A stretch of DNA of 64,000 bases from a virus (Duplodnaviria > Heunggongvirae > Uroviricota > Caudoviricetes): positions 48,262-112,261 of the IMG/VR virus record IMGVR_UViG_3300033068_001142; one strand, written 5' to 3'. Below, one piece after another: positions 45,588 through 56,222 of this stretch. Every line of letters starts with the position of its first letter. The first letter of the stretch is position 1. Below the pieces are notes generated by a model, which was not told the origin of the DNA, did not search any database, and saw only the letters and a list, made by a program, of their open reading frames with translations. The position numbers and the translations under genes are program-made.

Positions 45588-46448
45588 TTGAGTACTGTTT
45601 ACCGAAATGGGCTTGGACTAGTAGGGAATGGAATAGGTATAGCTTTAAAAAGTTGGAATATTTGGTTAGTATTAAAGAGTATAAGGAGTATAGAATGTTA
45701 TGTAATAAGTATAAAGATGAGGATGGGATTAATGAGTAGTGTAATTACTGTTGAACAGTTGAAGAATAGTATTCCTAGTAGGAAAGGAAGTATAACGGAA
45801 GAGTTGGTTAATGTTATTAATGAAGCTAATACAGAACCAGAGTTTCAAGGGGTTAGCTTATTTGAGACATTAGTTACATATGAGAATTTAATGATTAAGA
45901 ATAAAGCTGGGATTAGGGAGTTTGTGGATGCTTCTAGGTTTTGTGCTTACTTAGTTAGTATGGAGGATAACTATACAGAGGCGTTTAAGAAGACGTTTAG
46001 TTATAGGGATTTTGTTAAGAATAGAATGAATGCTACTTCTGGTACGAAAGAGTACAATGAGTTGACAAATGCAGCAAGTAGGTATCGAAGGGAGAATAAA
46101 TTAGTTGTTGATATGTTGACGTATAGTCAAGTACCAATTAGGATGTTTTTCCTAGGTGCTAGGTTTGAGGCTGTAAACGTGCTGATAAAAGAAATGAAGA
46201 CAGCTCAATATTCGAGAGATAGAATTGCAGCTGCTAAGGAAGTGCTGTTAGCTTTAAAAGAGCCGGAGAATGTTAAGATAGAGTTGGATATTGGAGTTAA
46301 AGAAAATAGCGCAGTTCAAAATCTAAATGCACAGTTAGCCGAATTTGCTAGTAATAGCTTAAAGCATTTAGAAGCTGGGACTACTGACTTAGCTAAGTTA
46401 GGAAGTATGAAAGCTAAAGATGATGTGATTGATGCGGAGGTAGAGTAA
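45588..46448 (+). CDS. Hypothetical protein, possible terminase small subunit by position
   Basis: It ends with an ATGA overlap onto the large terminase start. The likely real start is ATG 45732 (MSSVITVEQLK...). No diagnostic motif was seen. Confidence 0.3.
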   Translation: MSTVYRNGLGLVGNGIGIALKSWNIWLVLKSIRSIECYVISIKMRMGLMSSVITVEQLKNSIPSRKGSITEELVNVINEANTEPEFQGVSLFETLVTYENLMIKNKAGIREFVDASRFCAYLVSMEDNYTEAFKKTFSYRDFVKNRMNATSGTKEYNELTNAASRYRRENKLVVDMLTYSQVPIRMFFLGARFEAVNVLIKEMKTAQYSRDRIAAAKEVLLALKEPENVKIELDIGVKENSAVQNLNAQLAEFASNSLKHLEAGTTDLAKLGSMKAKDDVIDAEVE

Positions 46449-48022
46449 TGAGTAGTGCGTATATTCCAAGTCATGAGGCGTTAAAGTTTATAGCATTTGT
46501 TAGGGCTACAGGAAATGAGGAGTTTAGTTCTCCTGAAGTACACTATAAAATGGCGGATAGGTTGTTTAGTAGTAATCCACTGGATAAGAACGTGCTGATT
46601 GAGTGTACTAGGGGAGCTGGAAAATCTACGGTTGCCGAGTATGCTGTTATCTATGCAGCAGTGTTGGGAGAGTGGCCTGGGTTTGGTAAATGTCCGTTTA
46701 TAGTGTTTTTGGGTGCTAGTGCTGAAGGGAATGTTAGACAGTTTATGAAAAATGTTGCTAGTAAGGTTTCTAATTCAGAATTGCTTTCTTCATTAGTTGA
46801 GGTTAGAAGGCAGACTGATAAAGAGTTAGAACTGGTTAATAAAGATGGTGTAGAAATGTTTATCGCTGGTAAAGGGATGAATGTAAACTGGAGGGGTGCT
46901 AGAAGTCCTAATGGAGATAGGCCAAGTTTGTTGTTAGCGGATGACGTTTTACATAATGACTCTGCGACTTCTGAGGCTATTAGGAATACTATCGATACTA
47001 ATTGGTTTGCTAGTGCGTTACCTGCTTTAGCCCCTAGGCATAAAATTATATACATTGGTACTCCAATAAGTGAGGATGATTTGTTGCATAAGTTGAAGAA
47101 TAGTGGCGCCTATTCAGTGGTTAAGTTTCCACTATGTACTAAGTATCCGTGTAGAAGGGACGAGTATGATAGTATTTGGCCTGATAGGTTTACATATGAG
47201 TATACGGAGAGCATGTTTAAGCAGTTTGAGTCGTCAGGAAAAACTCAGTTGTTTTACCAAGAGTACTTGTTGGAAGTGGTTGACTTAGCTACCCTATTAG
47301 TTGATGAGGACGATATCAAGTGGTATGATCCTAGTATAGTGTTGAAAAATAAGGGATGGTATAACTTTTACATTAGTACAGACTTTGCTACTAGTACTAA
47401 GAAGAGTGCGGACTATAGTACGATTGGTGTATGGGCAATTAGTCATAATAACGATTGGCTGTTAGTTGATGGGCAATGTAAGAGGCAGACAATGCAGGAA
47501 AATATTGAGGACTTGTTTGGGTATGTTAGAAAGTGGAAACCGTTAAGTGTTGGTATTGAAAGTAGTGGACAGCAGGGAGGGTTCCTTAGCATTATAGAGG
47601 AAATGAAAGTTCAAAGAAATGTATGGTTTCAGTTTGCTAAGAAGCCTGGTAGTAAAGAGGTTGGTATTAGGCCTATCAAGGATAAGGTTCATAGGTTTGT
47701 TACAGGAGTACAACCAAAGTTTAAACAGAATAAAATCTGGCTACCTAAGCCTGAGTTACTGAAGAGCAGTAATCCTAGGTTACTTGAATTGGTTGAAGAG
47801 TTAGTGGCTGAGTTGAGTAAGTTTACGTTAGCTGGTGGTGTTAGTTCACTTAAGCATGATGACTGTATTGACTTGTTGAATCAGTTAAGTGAGATGGAGA
47901 TCTATACACCTAGTGAAGATATTATACAGGAGAAGTCAATAGTTACGGAAGGTGGGTTGATATGGACTGGTATTTGGGAAGAGGATGATAGTGATGAGTA
48001 TGGAGGAAGTACCATTTTTTAA
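46448..48022 (+). CDS. Terminase large subunit
   Basis: Walker A ECTRGAGKST, Walker B-like PSLLLADDVLH, a C-terminal nuclease-like acidic region, 524 aa. Confidence 0.7.
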   Translation: MSSAYIPSHEALKFIAFVRATGNEEFSSPEVHYKMADRLFSSNPLDKNVLIECTRGAGKSTVAEYAVIYAAVLGEWPGFGKCPFIVFLGASAEGNVRQFMKNVASKVSNSELLSSLVEVRRQTDKELELVNKDGVEMFIAGKGMNVNWRGARSPNGDRPSLLLADDVLHNDSATSEAIRNTIDTNWFASALPALAPRHKIIYIGTPISEDDLLHKLKNSGAYSVVKFPLCTKYPCRRDEYDSIWPDRFTYEYTESMFKQFESSGKTQLFYQEYLLEVVDLATLLVDEDDIKWYDPSIVLKNKGWYNFYISTDFATSTKKSADYSTIGVWAISHNNDWLLVDGQCKRQTMQENIEDLFGYVRKWKPLSVGIESSGQQGGFLSIIEEMKVQRNVWFQFAKKPGSKEVGIRPIKDKVHRFVTGVQPKFKQNKIWLPKPELLKSSNPRLLELVEELVAELSKFTLAGGVSSLKHDDCIDLLNQLSEMEIYTPSEDIIQEKSIVTEGGLIWTGIWEEDDSDEYGGSTIF

Positions 48023-48078
48023 GGTAGTGTAAAGGTGATTTACGCTACCATATCGAGTTTATATTATAGGAGAGAAGA

Positions 48079-48690
48079 ATGACTGGAAGACAAATAATAG
48101 ATTTAGCTAAGACTAGTCAGTTAGAACAGCTAGGTAAAAAGAATGATGATGCTGCTATCCTAGGTTACCTAAATTTAGGAATGGTAGAGTTGTACAAAAG
48201 GTTTCCTCTTAAAGTTGAAGAGTATTTGATTGAGTTAGTTGATGGGCAAACTGTATATACGTTGCCAAGTGACTGTATGTATTTAACAGCAGCGTATGGA
48301 GAAGTTGAGGAAAATTCAGAAAGGTTTGTAGCTGTGCTACCGATTAATGAAGAAGATGACCCGTTAAGTATTAATACGATTAGTTGGAATAAGATTCAGA
48401 TACCAGTGTCAGTTAGTGGGGCTTACATAAGTTTGATTTATGTAGCTAATCCGACATGGATAGATTTAGCAGATATTGGTGAGGAAGTTGAATTACCCTT
48501 GCAGTTAGTTGAAGCTATGTTATGTTACATTGGGTATATGGCTACGGCGGCATTAGGTGCAGAAGAGCCAGAGAATAATATCCACTATCAACGATTTGAG
48601 GCAAGCTGTAAGAGGGCAGAAGTGTTAGGTGTTACAACTAGAAATGATGTAGCAATGACAGAAAGAGTTAAAACAAGAGGGTTTGTGTAA
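48079..48690 (+). CDS. Hypothetical virion-associated protein
   Basis: 203-aa ORF between the terminase and the tail fibres. Confidence 0.3.
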   Translation: MTGRQIIDLAKTSQLEQLGKKNDDAAILGYLNLGMVELYKRFPLKVEEYLIELVDGQTVYTLPSDCMYLTAAYGEVEENSERFVAVLPINEEDDPLSINTISWNKIQIPVSVSGAYISLIYVANPTWIDLADIGEEVELPLQLVEAMLCYIGYMATAALGAEEPENNIHYQRFEASCKRAEVLGVTTRNDVAMTERVKTRGFV

Positions 48691-50717
48691 TGAGAAGTAC
48701 GACGTTATTGAATGTGGGAGCTAGTGCTATTGAGAGAGAGATAGGCAGTAAGTACGATGTGGTTAAGGCTGTTAGCGAGAAGCTAGTGGAGATTGAGGCA
48801 GTAGCTGGGATTAATGTTGAAGAGTTGTTAGCTGAGTTGCAAGATGCTCAAGACTTTAGTGGCATTAGTGTTGTTACTGGTGAAGTAGCTGGATGGGACC
48901 CTGTTACTAAAGTTATTACTGTACCTACTGTTAAAGGTGATAAGGGAGATAAAGGTAACACTGGAGATGTAGGTGCAGTTGGGCCACAAGGTCCGATTGG
49001 TCCGAGAGGGTTAACTGGTCCAGCAGGTAGAGATGGAGTTGATGGGACTAATGGAGTTAATGGTGTAGATGGGATTGACGGTGTAGACGGAATTGATGGT
49101 AGAGATTTGACTATTGAGCAGATTACGTACGATGGTAGCAGTGGTAAGTTTACGTGGCATTTTAGTGATGGTACAACGTATGTAACTCCGGACTTAAGAG
49201 GAGAGAAAGGTGCTACTGGTAGTAAGGGTGATAAAGGTGATACAGGTACAAGCGTTCACCATTTAAAGGGGACTAGTACAACTAATGCCAATGGTGATTT
49301 TGGTGTAAGTCCATTTAAAGATACATATACACTATATGGGGATCCTAGTGAGACGATAGTGTTAGGATACTTTACAGTTGCTAATGGTGTTAGTGATGGT
49401 ATGAGTTCGTCCGTGTATGATGCTAATAGTAATGGTATTGTAGATAATAGTGAGAGGTTAGGAGGTGAGCTACCTAGTCATTACGTTAATGTTAGTAGTG
49501 CTCAAAGTATTAGCGGTGATAAAACGTTTGTAGATGATGTTGTGGTTCAAGGTAACTTTACTGTTAATGGGGCTATGGTTACGGTTAATGTTGAGACTGT
49601 TGAAGTTCAGGATAACTTAGTTGTGATTAATAGTGGTGAGGTTGGTCCTGGTGTTACAGCAGGTGAGGCTGGGATTATAGTTGATAGAGGAACAGCTACT
49701 GATTACAAGTTTGTGTTTGATGAAGCTAGTGATAGTTTTAAGGTTGGGGAAGCTGGAAGTTTACAAAAAGTAGCGACTAGAGAAGATGCTCCAATTAGTG
49801 GTGGAATAGCTGTTTGGGATGGTGCTGTATATAAGTTTGTAACTACTAAAGACCCTAGTGTTAATTCAGTTAGTGTTGGTGGACATTCAGTTAGTTGGAA
49901 TAACGATGAAAGCACGTTAGATGTTAGCTTAAATGGTGCTACACTACAAGTTGGACAAGAGCAGTTGATTAGAGTTAGAAATAGTAGTGGAGTTAGCATT
50001 ACTAATGGTATGGCTGTAATGGCTACTGGTACAATTGGTAATAGTGGTAGAATAACTGTTGCTAAAGCAAACTTGACTCAAGCTAATGCAAAGTATATAT
50101 TAGGTGTTGTTACTGAGACGATTGCTGCTGGTGCTGATGGGTTTTGTACTACCTTTGGTAAGGTTAGAGGGGTTCAAACAAATGGAGCTCAGTACGGAGA
50201 GACTTGGTTAGACGGTGATGTATTGTACGTGAAGGATAGTGGTAATGGTGCATTGACTAAGGTAGTTCCTACTGATAGTCAAGTTAAATTGCCCGTAGCT
50301 ATTGTGGTTAATTCACATGCGACTAATGGAACATTATTTGTTAGGGTTAACAGTATTGATGAAAATCATGCTAAGGTAGAACTAGCTGGTAAAGTAGATA
50401 AGAATATGCCTATTACTGGTCGTACTGCTACAAAGGTTACTTATGATGCTAAGGGATTAGTTACTAGTGGGACTACGTTGGTAGCTAGTGATATACCTAG
50501 TTTGGATGTAAGTAAAATAACTACCGGTGTACTGCCTGTTGTTAGAGGGGGTACTGGGACTAGTACTTCTACTGGATCAGGAGATGTAGTGTTGAGCGCT
50601 AGTCCTACATTTACAGGTACACCAATTGCACCTACTGCTAGTGTTGGTACTAGTACAACACAAATAGCGACTACAGAGTATGTAGTTGCTGAGATTAATA
50701 AGATTGAGGAGTGGTAA
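48690..50717 (+). CDS. Tail fibre protein with collagen-like Gly-X-Y repeats
   Basis: GDKGDKGNTGDVGAVGPQGPIGPRGLTGPAGRDGVDGTNGVNGVDGIDGVDGIDGRD, then GEKGATGSKGDKGDTG, then a long Gly/Thr/Val-rich beta region. Confidence 0.7.
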   Translation: MRSTTLLNVGASAIEREIGSKYDVVKAVSEKLVEIEAVAGINVEELLAELQDAQDFSGISVVTGEVAGWDPVTKVITVPTVKGDKGDKGNTGDVGAVGPQGPIGPRGLTGPAGRDGVDGTNGVNGVDGIDGVDGIDGRDLTIEQITYDGSSGKFTWHFSDGTTYVTPDLRGEKGATGSKGDKGDTGTSVHHLKGTSTTNANGDFGVSPFKDTYTLYGDPSETIVLGYFTVANGVSDGMSSSVYDANSNGIVDNSERLGGELPSHYVNVSSAQSISGDKTFVDDVVVQGNFTVNGAMVTVNVETVEVQDNLVVINSGEVGPGVTAGEAGIIVDRGTATDYKFVFDEASDSFKVGEAGSLQKVATREDAPISGGIAVWDGAVYKFVTTKDPSVNSVSVGGHSVSWNNDESTLDVSLNGATLQVGQEQLIRVRNSSGVSITNGMAVMATGTIGNSGRITVAKANLTQANAKYILGVVTETIAAGADGFCTTFGKVRGVQTNGAQYGETWLDGDVLYVKDSGNGALTKVVPTDSQVKLPVAIVVNSHATNGTLFVRVNSIDENHAKVELAGKVDKNMPITGRTATKVTYDAKGLVTSGTTLVASDIPSLDVSKITTGVLPVVRGGTGTSTSTGSGDVVLSASPTFTGTPIAPTASVGTSTTQIATTEYVVAEINKIEEW

Positions 50718-53554
50718 TGAGGATAAATCGTCACGACACAAACGGAACTAAACCCTTACTAGGTAAGGGTGAGTTAGGGTATGATGACTACGTTGCAGGT
50801 GGTGATGTAGGTAGAGTGTATGTTGGTACTGGGAGTGAGAATATAGCATTAGCAGAAAGACTTGAGTCTAATATGATGACAAAAGCTCAGTTTAATGCTT
50901 TAGCAGAAGAAAGAAAAACTAATAGAGCTGGGAGTGGTTTTGATGAGTGGGGTAAGCACACCAATAATAATGTAACTCTATTAAATGTAAATGAGGGTAT
51001 ATATACATTTAACGCTTCACCAAACACATTTGTTATGGGTAGAAAAAATGCAGATACTATGGGTACTTCCAAGACTACATATCCTGTAGTATGTGTTAAT
51101 GGTGTTTTGCAAAAGTTAGACACAATAGGCTTATTAAATACCTATGCTGTTAATACTATAACATTACCAACAGCACCAAACATATATCCATACGATACAG
51201 TTCTAACATCAGAACAAATAGCAAGTGGTGTAATAAAACACGCAGATGCTAGTAATAGTGGGTTGATTGTTAATGGTAAGTTTGATACTGATACGAGTGG
51301 ATGGACTTTATCTAATGGAATTTGGGATAATGGGTCACTCAGAGTAGGACCTGAAGGAATACCAAACTACACGGACATTAATGTAGTGGTAGGTAAAACA
51401 TACAGAATAGAATATGACTACTTTAATCAAACAGGAAATAGAGTAGTGCTAGGAATATCTTTTAATGGAGGTACTACGCTTACTTGGTATGATGATTATA
51501 GTAAGTCTGATGGAAAATATTATGCTACTGTCACAGCTACATCAGCTACTATGAGAATAGATTTTAGAGCAAGAGGAGGTAATTCGTATGCAAATATAGA
51601 CAACATAGCAGTATACCCAGCAGATGCAATATCTCGTTCAGATTTAGTATTCCTAGAATCTTGGCACGAAGATGTAAGTGAAAAGAACTTTGTATATCCA
51701 TTAGGAAATGTTCAATATTTAGGCGGAAATACAGATGGTTTGACTGGAATTGCTAATAGTAGCTTTAGTGGATTTGAAACATATTCGCTATTCGGAAATT
51801 TTCAAGCTTCAAGTGCATTAATAGGTAAAGGTTATGTATGGAGTTCATTAACAGAAGCACAAAAGAAAGCTTTTATAGCTAATCCTGAAAATAATTGTTA
51901 CTTAGATGGCGATAAAACTATTCAGGTTAGGTATAGAGTTAGAGTTGTACTAGGTGAAGATTCAAATTCTATGTCAAGAGCGACTGTTCAGGGTAAAGCA
52001 GTAATTCCATCAACAGTATTATTTACTGTTCCAACTACAACAGTTGATGCAGGATTATATTCAAATACATCAGTTACATACACTTATGCAGGAACAAGCA
52101 CAAGTGCTATTAGTATTGCTAATGTGTCAAGAAAAAATCAAGGAATTAGCCACCCTACTTATAACCCAAATGGTAGTAAGAAACTTAGTGATGGGAACTT
52201 TTGGTATAACACTAGTATACCAATAAACAGTACGATGGGCTGCTTTGATAGTTCAAAAATGCTAACAGCAAGTGGGTACATTGGAACAGTTAGTGGTAGA
52301 CCAGACGGATTATTCTATGACCAAGTACACGAAGGTGATATTACTGATTTAAGAAATAGTAGTAAGAAAGTAGAAGATTACAATAGATTAATTAGTAGAG
52401 AGTTTAATAAGTTAGTTGCAGGGACTACAAGGGGTAAAGAGGGTGAAAAAACAAGTATCTACTGTCCAACTACTATGACTGTTCAACTTGATACTTGGAT
52501 TACAATTACAAGTTTTGGAGCAACTAGTAGGCAAGTCTATTCAGGAGCATCTCAAGTTTCATCAAATGTGTTTTATCAAACAAAACAAGCTGGTGGTATA
52601 TATGATGCAATATTTGCTAGGAATACTATATCAGGAAATGTATATAAAATATTAGGTGTTAAATATTATCCGAATGGTACTTATATACATTTTGACCATT
52701 CACATGGCACGGTATTTACGGATACTACAAGTACCTATGACATTTTGCTGATTAGTAGTACAACAAGAACTAAGTCAAATACATTACTTCATTGCGACAT
52801 CATAGGTAATCCAACTAATTATCCAACAGCTTGGAAGCAAAATGGAGTATTTGGAACACCTTTGATAGTTGCAGAAGATGGGACAAGTTTATTACCAGAT
52901 GGTGTGAAAGATACATTCAAGCTAAGTAGAAAAGCAAATGCTACACCTTTATTATGTTTAAGAAGTACAGACAACGGAGCAACTTGGACGAGTTTTACTC
53001 CAACATTTAGCACAACAACAAATGAAATAACTTTGACAAATGAACCTGCTGGAAACTTAGTAATGGTTTATTACCAAACAAAAACAACTATGGCTGTTCC
53101 AGTTGTCAATAGTGAAGTGTTGGAGATTGGGGATGTGTTTGCATCAAATGCACACTCTAACCCGCTTTTGAATACCTTAATTAATAAGAATGGCATTGTA
53201 TCTGGTGTATACGCATCAGGATTTTTAGGGAAGCCAATAAGTTTTAATTTTATAGAGCAGAGCAAATTAAATCATAATGCACTTTATTATCCTACAAATA
53301 CTCCTATTACTCTAGGCGGTGGAACAGCAGGTGTTCCTACAGTTAAAATATTGCCTTACCTAACAAGAACAAATGGTAAAGCATTTCTAAATCTAGTATT
53401 CAAAGAAATGAAACATAATGGTACTTCTTGGGGAGATTCAAATAAATTTGAAATTGTAGATAATGTCTCAACTACTACAGATAACAATGCACAAACAGTA
53501 TTGATTGGGCAGAAAACTGTGGAACTAAATGTATTCATTGGAAATGATGAGTAA
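50711..53554 (+). CDS. Large tail fibre/receptor-binding protein (947 aa)
   Basis: Its N-terminus ...LLGKGELGYDDYVAGGDVGRVYVGTGSENIALA resembles the conserved N-terminal anchor motif of many phage fibres. The rest is a long Thr/Ser/Asn/Gly-rich beta region. Confidence 0.6.
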   Translation: MVMRINRHDTNGTKPLLGKGELGYDDYVAGGDVGRVYVGTGSENIALAERLESNMMTKAQFNALAEERKTNRAGSGFDEWGKHTNNNVTLLNVNEGIYTFNASPNTFVMGRKNADTMGTSKTTYPVVCVNGVLQKLDTIGLLNTYAVNTITLPTAPNIYPYDTVLTSEQIASGVIKHADASNSGLIVNGKFDTDTSGWTLSNGIWDNGSLRVGPEGIPNYTDINVVVGKTYRIEYDYFNQTGNRVVLGISFNGGTTLTWYDDYSKSDGKYYATVTATSATMRIDFRARGGNSYANIDNIAVYPADAISRSDLVFLESWHEDVSEKNFVYPLGNVQYLGGNTDGLTGIANSSFSGFETYSLFGNFQASSALIGKGYVWSSLTEAQKKAFIANPENNCYLDGDKTIQVRYRVRVVLGEDSNSMSRATVQGKAVIPSTVLFTVPTTTVDAGLYSNTSVTYTYAGTSTSAISIANVSRKNQGISHPTYNPNGSKKLSDGNFWYNTSIPINSTMGCFDSSKMLTASGYIGTVSGRPDGLFYDQVHEGDITDLRNSSKKVEDYNRLISREFNKLVAGTTRGKEGEKTSIYCPTTMTVQLDTWITITSFGATSRQVYSGASQVSSNVFYQTKQAGGIYDAIFARNTISGNVYKILGVKYYPNGTYIHFDHSHGTVFTDTTSTYDILLISSTTRTKSNTLLHCDIIGNPTNYPTAWKQNGVFGTPLIVAEDGTSLLPDGVKDTFKLSRKANATPLLCLRSTDNGATWTSFTPTFSTTTNEITLTNEPAGNLVMVYYQTKTTMAVPVVNSEVLEIGDVFASNAHSNPLLNTLINKNGIVSGVYASGFLGKPISFNFIEQSKLNHNALYYPTNTPITLGGGTAGVPTVKILPYLTRTNGKAFLNLVFKEMKHNGTSWGDSNKFEIVDNVSTTTDNNAQTVLIGQKTVELNVFIGNDE

Positions 53555-53607
53555 GATGGTTAAAAATTTGGTATAATATCAATAAAAGGAATTTAAAATG
53601 AAATTTA

Positions 53608-53844
53608 TTGATATTACTAATAATGTATATGGTAGTTGGGGAGGTAATGAAGGCTAATGATTTGTTAGCACTTCCTGCTCCAACCCCTGATGTAGCTATA
53701 TTCAAATCTCCTGAGGGAGAAGTTTCAGTAAATGGTGGAGATTTTTTTAAAGTAATATTTAATAAAGTGTCCTTTATTCAACCAAACTCAACGTATATCT
53801 TTGATAGAGATGTATTGATAGCTTGGGGAAAATTAATTAATTAA
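53608..53844 (+). CDS. Hypothetical small protein
   Basis: 78-aa ORF. Confidence 0.3.
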   Translation: MILLIMYMVVGEVMKANDLLALPAPTPDVAIFKSPEGEVSVNGGDFFKVIFNKVSFIQPNSTYIFDRDVLIAWGKLIN

Positions 53845-53855
53845 TAAGGATAAAT

Positions 53856-54197
53856 ATGTCAACATTAATACAAAAAATAGGAGATAGTATTACATGGAAA
53901 ATCTCTTATAAACAATCTGATGGGATAACCCCAGTAGATTTAACAGGATTCATTATTGATGTAGATGCTTATGAGAAAATTACTAAATCTATATTATTTA
54001 ATGTAGTCTCAAATGCACCTACACAAAATATGTACATAACAACAGATACTCTAAATATTGGGGAGTTCTCAGTAATTATAAAAGATACTACTACATTTAA
54101 AATAGGTAATTATGATGTAGATATTGAGTATATTGACCCAGATGGATTTCAAAAGTCTTCTAAATCTTTTGGGATGAAGGTAGTAGAAAGGCTATAA
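53856..54197 (+). CDS. Hypothetical protein
   Basis: 113-aa ORF, TAAATG-coupled to the next gene. Confidence 0.35.
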   Translation: MSTLIQKIGDSITWKISYKQSDGITPVDLTGFIIDVDAYEKITKSILFNVVSNAPTQNMYITTDTLNIGEFSVIIKDTTTFKIGNYDVDIEYIDPDGFQKSSKSFGMKVVERL

Positions 54198-54632
54198 ATG
54201 GACACTATAGTTAATATAGAAACTTCTAATATTGAAGTTATAAATAGTCCTGACATTATTAGTATTAATATAGAAACTTCTAATATTGAAGTTATAAATA
54301 GTCCTGACATTATTATTAATACACTACAACCAAACGAAACAATGATAACTATCTTAGACTCTAACCCTACTGAATTAACTTTTACAGATGTAGGAGTTCA
54401 AGGTATTAAAGGGGCTCAAGGTTTTGGTTTAAATTATCAATGGTCAGATACTAATTTAGGTATTAAGAGAGAGGATGAGACTGTATTTGTTTATCAAAAC
54501 TTAAAGGGAGCTACAGGAGACCCTTTGGAGTTTGAAGATTTAACAGAACAACAAAAACAAGAGTTAAGAGGGGATGTTGGGGATACTTCAACAAATTACA
54601 CAAATATATTTCTTAACTCTATATTATCATAA
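54198..54632 (+). CDS. Hypothetical protein with an internal tandem 18-aa repeat
   Basis: INIETSNIEVINSPDII occurs twice consecutively, and the underlying 54-nt DNA unit is duplicated almost exactly. Confidence 0.4.
   Translation: MDTIVNIETSNIEVINSPDIISINIETSNIEVINSPDIIINTLQPNETMITILDSNPTELTFTDVGVQGIKGAQGFGLNYQWSDTNLGIKREDETVFVYQNLKGATGDPLEFEDLTEQQKQELRGDVGDTSTNYTNIFLNSILS
54211..54318 (+). repeat. Near-perfect 54-bp tandem duplication (2 copies) inside a CDS
   Basis: 54211-54264 and 54265-54318 are 50/54 identical (TTAATATAGAAACTTCTAATATTGAAGTTATAAATAGTCCTGACATTATT + 4 nt). Confidence 0.85.
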
Positions 54633-54641
54633 GGATTTAAA

Positions 54642-56213
54642 ATGAGTATGGATTCTAATTTACAAAGTGCTTTTACAGCGGTTGGGAACGCTGTAAAAGG
54701 AAAGATTTCGAGTTCTGAAAAGGGACAACCTAATGGTGTTGCAACACTAGACGGAACTGGTAAGATACCATCAGGTCAGTTACCGAGTTATGTCGATGAT
54801 GTTGTAGAATACGATAATTTAGCTGAGTTTCCTGTTACTGGTACTGCGGGAGTATTATATATCGATTTAGACACAAATAAACAATACAGATGGGCTGGTT
54901 CATCATATCAACAAATTACATCAGGCGCAGTTGACTCTGTTGCTGGAAAAACAGGAGTTGTGTCTCTTGTTAAATCTGATGTTGGGTTAGGCTCTGTAGA
55001 CAATACTGCCGATTCGACTAAGAATGTTTTTAGTGCGACTAAATTTACGACAGCTAGGACGTTAACAATAGGTTCTACCGGAAAACCTTTTGACGGAACA
55101 ACGAATGTTTCTTGGTCTTTATCCGATATTGGTGCTCAAGCAGCTGGTAATTACCAACCTCTCGATTCAGATTTAACTGCAATCAGCTCACTCGTTGGGT
55201 CATCTGGATTTTTAAAGAAAACTGCCGCAGATACATGGACGCTCGATACGAATACATATGTTACTAGTTCAGGAGTTACAAGCGTTTCCGGAACAGCTCC
55301 AATATTGAGTTCTGGTGGCAGCACACCAACTATAAGTATGTCTGCAGCAACAACATCATCACCAGGTTATATGAGCGCACTGGATAAAACCAAATTAGAC
55401 GGAATAACAGCAGGAGCCAATATAAATGTTACGACTGATTTAAGCACAACATATAATGCTGGAACTGTTGTTATTGTGAGTTCTGATGGAACCGACGCCA
55501 CAATAAATGCAGCAACGACTTCATTAGCAGGAGTTTTATCTAGTGCAGATAAAACAAAATTAGATGGATTAAATAATTACTCATTACCTAACGGAAGTTC
55601 AAGTACACTTGGGGGTGTGAAATTATATAGTGATGTTGTCCAAACAATAGCAGCAAATAACGTTACAGCAACAACATCTAGAACTTATGGTGTTCAGATA
55701 AATTCTACTGGACAAGCTGTTGTGAATGTCCCTTGGATTGATACAAACACAACATATAGTGACGCCACAACATCCACGTCTGGTTTGATGTCGAATACAG
55801 ATAAAACTAAACTAGATGGTATTGCATCTGGCGCGACTTCGAATGTTGGAACTGTTACGAGTATATCGACGAGTGGTGCAATAACTGGGGGAACAATAAC
55901 TGATTCAGGTACTATTTCGCATAGTACAGCTGATGGATTTTTACATGTGCCCGCAACCGGTACAACTAATGCCGGTAAAGTGCTCACTGCAGGTTCGACC
56001 CCAGGTAGCCTAAGTTGGTCAACTATTGAAGCAAACTCTGTTACGAGTGTAGCAGGAAGAACTGGCGATGTCGTTTTAAATATATCTGATATTAGTAATC
56101 TTCAAAGCGTATTAGATGGTAAAGCAACCACAGCTACAGTGACTACGTTATCAAATAACATAGGCGCTACAAATACTGATTATCTTGCTGTTTTTAACGC
56201 AGCTTTATTATAA
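54642..56213 (+). CDS. Tail fibre protein with Phage_fiber_2-type repeats
   Basis: The N-terminal fibre motif EKGQPNGVATLDGTGKIPSGQLPSY. Three repeats of (S/T)xGxxSxxDKTKLDG(I/L). Confidence 0.7.
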   Translation: MSMDSNLQSAFTAVGNAVKGKISSSEKGQPNGVATLDGTGKIPSGQLPSYVDDVVEYDNLAEFPVTGTAGVLYIDLDTNKQYRWAGSSYQQITSGAVDSVAGKTGVVSLVKSDVGLGSVDNTADSTKNVFSATKFTTARTLTIGSTGKPFDGTTNVSWSLSDIGAQAAGNYQPLDSDLTAISSLVGSSGFLKKTAADTWTLDTNTYVTSSGVTSVSGTAPILSSGGSTPTISMSAATTSSPGYMSALDKTKLDGITAGANINVTTDLSTTYNAGTVVIVSSDGTDATINAATTSLAGVLSSADKTKLDGLNNYSLPNGSSSTLGGVKLYSDVVQTIAANNVTATTSRTYGVQINSTGQAVVNVPWIDTNTTYSDATTSTSGLMSNTDKTKLDGIASGATSNVGTVTSISTSGAITGGTITDSGTISHSTADGFLHVPATGTTNAGKVLTAGSTPGSLSWSTIEANSVTSVAGRTGDVVLNISDISNLQSVLDGKATTATVTTLSNNIGATNTDYLAVFNAALL

Positions 56214-56222
56214 AGGCGTATA

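Noticed and set aside
46651-47055. Minus-strand ORFs inside plus-strand late genes (46651..47055, 49703..49999, 50441..50734, 52819..53538, 55694..55987, 58769..59397, 60067..60270, 61057..61329).
   Set aside because: Antisense shadows of clearly coding terminase, fibre and portal genes.
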